64,000 bases of DNA from Nitrospirota bacterium. Its GTDB lineage: Bacteria > Nitrospirota > UBA9217. Location: positions 160,001 to 224,000 of the forward strand of contig CAWBNQ010000003.1 of NCBI GenBank assembly GCA_963790205.1, in the 5' to 3' direction. Position numbers and translations under genes: made by a program. Shown in pieces: positions 63,215-64,000 of the stretch. The notes under the pieces are model-generated. The model was not told where the DNA came from. It did not search any database and saw only the letters and a program-made list of their open reading frames with translations. Within the stretch, counting starts at the first letter, position 1; every line of letters begins with the position of its first letter.

Positions 63215-64000
63215 GGCCGGCCCCTTCTTCGTTTAGATTGTAGACTACTTCCTGCGTGGTGTCATCCTCTTCATCGTCAACCGATAGACGCAGCTTGCCC
63301 TTTTCCGCCCGCAGCACTACCGACTGCCCCTCCATGCGGCCCACCATGTAGAACGGCAGCTTGGGCTTCCCGCGGAGCGCCATCTCGAGGAGATTCTCCT
63401 GGATGCCATGCTCGATCGTCTTCCTGAGCTCGCTCTGGATCTCAAAATACCGGTCCGCGGGACACAGGCCGCCGATCCCCTGGTGCGGTCGTTTGTGGTT
63501 GTAATACTTCACCCACTGCCGTATCCGCTCGGCGGCGTCCTCGAAGCTATCGAACTGCGCTCTGACAAGAAACTCCAGGTAGATCGTCTTCCAGAACCGT
63601 TCGATTTTGCCCAGGGTCATAGGGTGGTGTGGTTGGGATTTGATGTGGTGGATCTTGTCTTTCTTGAGCTCCAGCTCAAAACGGCTGTGCCCGCGCCAGC
63701 TCGTATACTGCCGCCCGTTATCCGTGAGCATCTCTTTCGGCGGGTTGTACTCGGAGGACGCCCGGCGGTATACCTCGATAACGTTCTGGCCCGTCTGAGT
63801 GCGGAAAAGCTCGAGCCCCGTGATGTAGCGGGAGTAATCATCGATGTAGCCGATCAGGTACGCATAGTGGCCGCCAAGACGGAACGTGAAGATGTCCGTT
63901 TGCCACAGCTGGTTCGGCGTTGATCGTTCGAAAAAACGGGGACGGGTGATATTACGCTGACGCTTCTTAGGCGGGGACTTGATGAGGGATGAATCGTGAA
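62829..64000 (-). CDS. ORF1 IS481-like transposase, copy 2 (5' partial)
   Basis: Matches the 3' part of 27154-28701. Confidence 0.9.
   Translation of the reverse strand, partial: HDSSLIKSPPKKRQRNITRPRFFERSTPNQLWQTDIFTFRLGGHYAYLIGYIDDYSRYITGLELFRTQTGQNVIEVYRRASSEYNPPKEMLTDNGRQYTSWRGHSRFELELKKDKIHHIKSQPHHPMTLGKIERFWKTIYLEFLVRAQFDSFEDAAERIRQWVKYYNHKRPHQGIGGLCPADRYFEIQSELRKTIEHGIQENLLEMALRGKPKLPFYMVGRMEGQSVVLRAEKGKLRLSVDDEEDDTTQEVVYNLNEEGAGHGKNGEDKKREEAADDKPRGDGEMPGGSLNMDGAAEAGGSMPGDGDTVDGALPVAETGDGGNAPGSGTPGDPGQGAGAQPAAADDAGEKAPDAPGTEQAGKDAVEGAGSKETGEAKGPEARKLPPAQG

Larger units (their letters stand above)
61351..64000 (-). mobile_element. Dual-DDE element, copy 2 (runs past window end)
   Basis: Matches 25676-28325 at offset 35,675 with identical translated ORFs. 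Confidence 0.95.

Overview
Bacterial chromosomal window, mostly GC-rich housekeeping DNA: aconitase end, citrate synthase, ftsH, pcnB, rsmE, rpiB-glyA-deaminase-nrdR, priA, a tripartite EmrAB-TolC-type pump, mltA, Lon-like protease, PBP1A, ileS-lspA-lgt-rluD, rlmN and dtd. Three accessory zones interrupt it: an IS pile-up in AT-rich DNA (~20.4-29.2 kb), a decaying envelope/lipid patch (~37-44 kb), and the edge of an element integrated at tRNA-Leu(CAG) with a large serine recombinase (>60.2 kb). The most unusual object is a 3,109-bp TGT...ACA element present twice (25676-28784, and 61351 to past the window end). Inside one pair of ~52-bp imperfect inverted repeats it encodes two different DDE transposases with intact triads and two paralogous HTH proteins. 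Other notable signals: a 234-bp non-coding repeat with conserved base-pairing (13025-13258 and 34973-35206), a candidate attenuator or sRNA upstream of a DUF302 gene, many intergenic hairpins built from 6-9-nt microsatellite arms, and a one-base frameshift in ileS. All calls come from motif recognition by eye; no database searches or folding programs were run.
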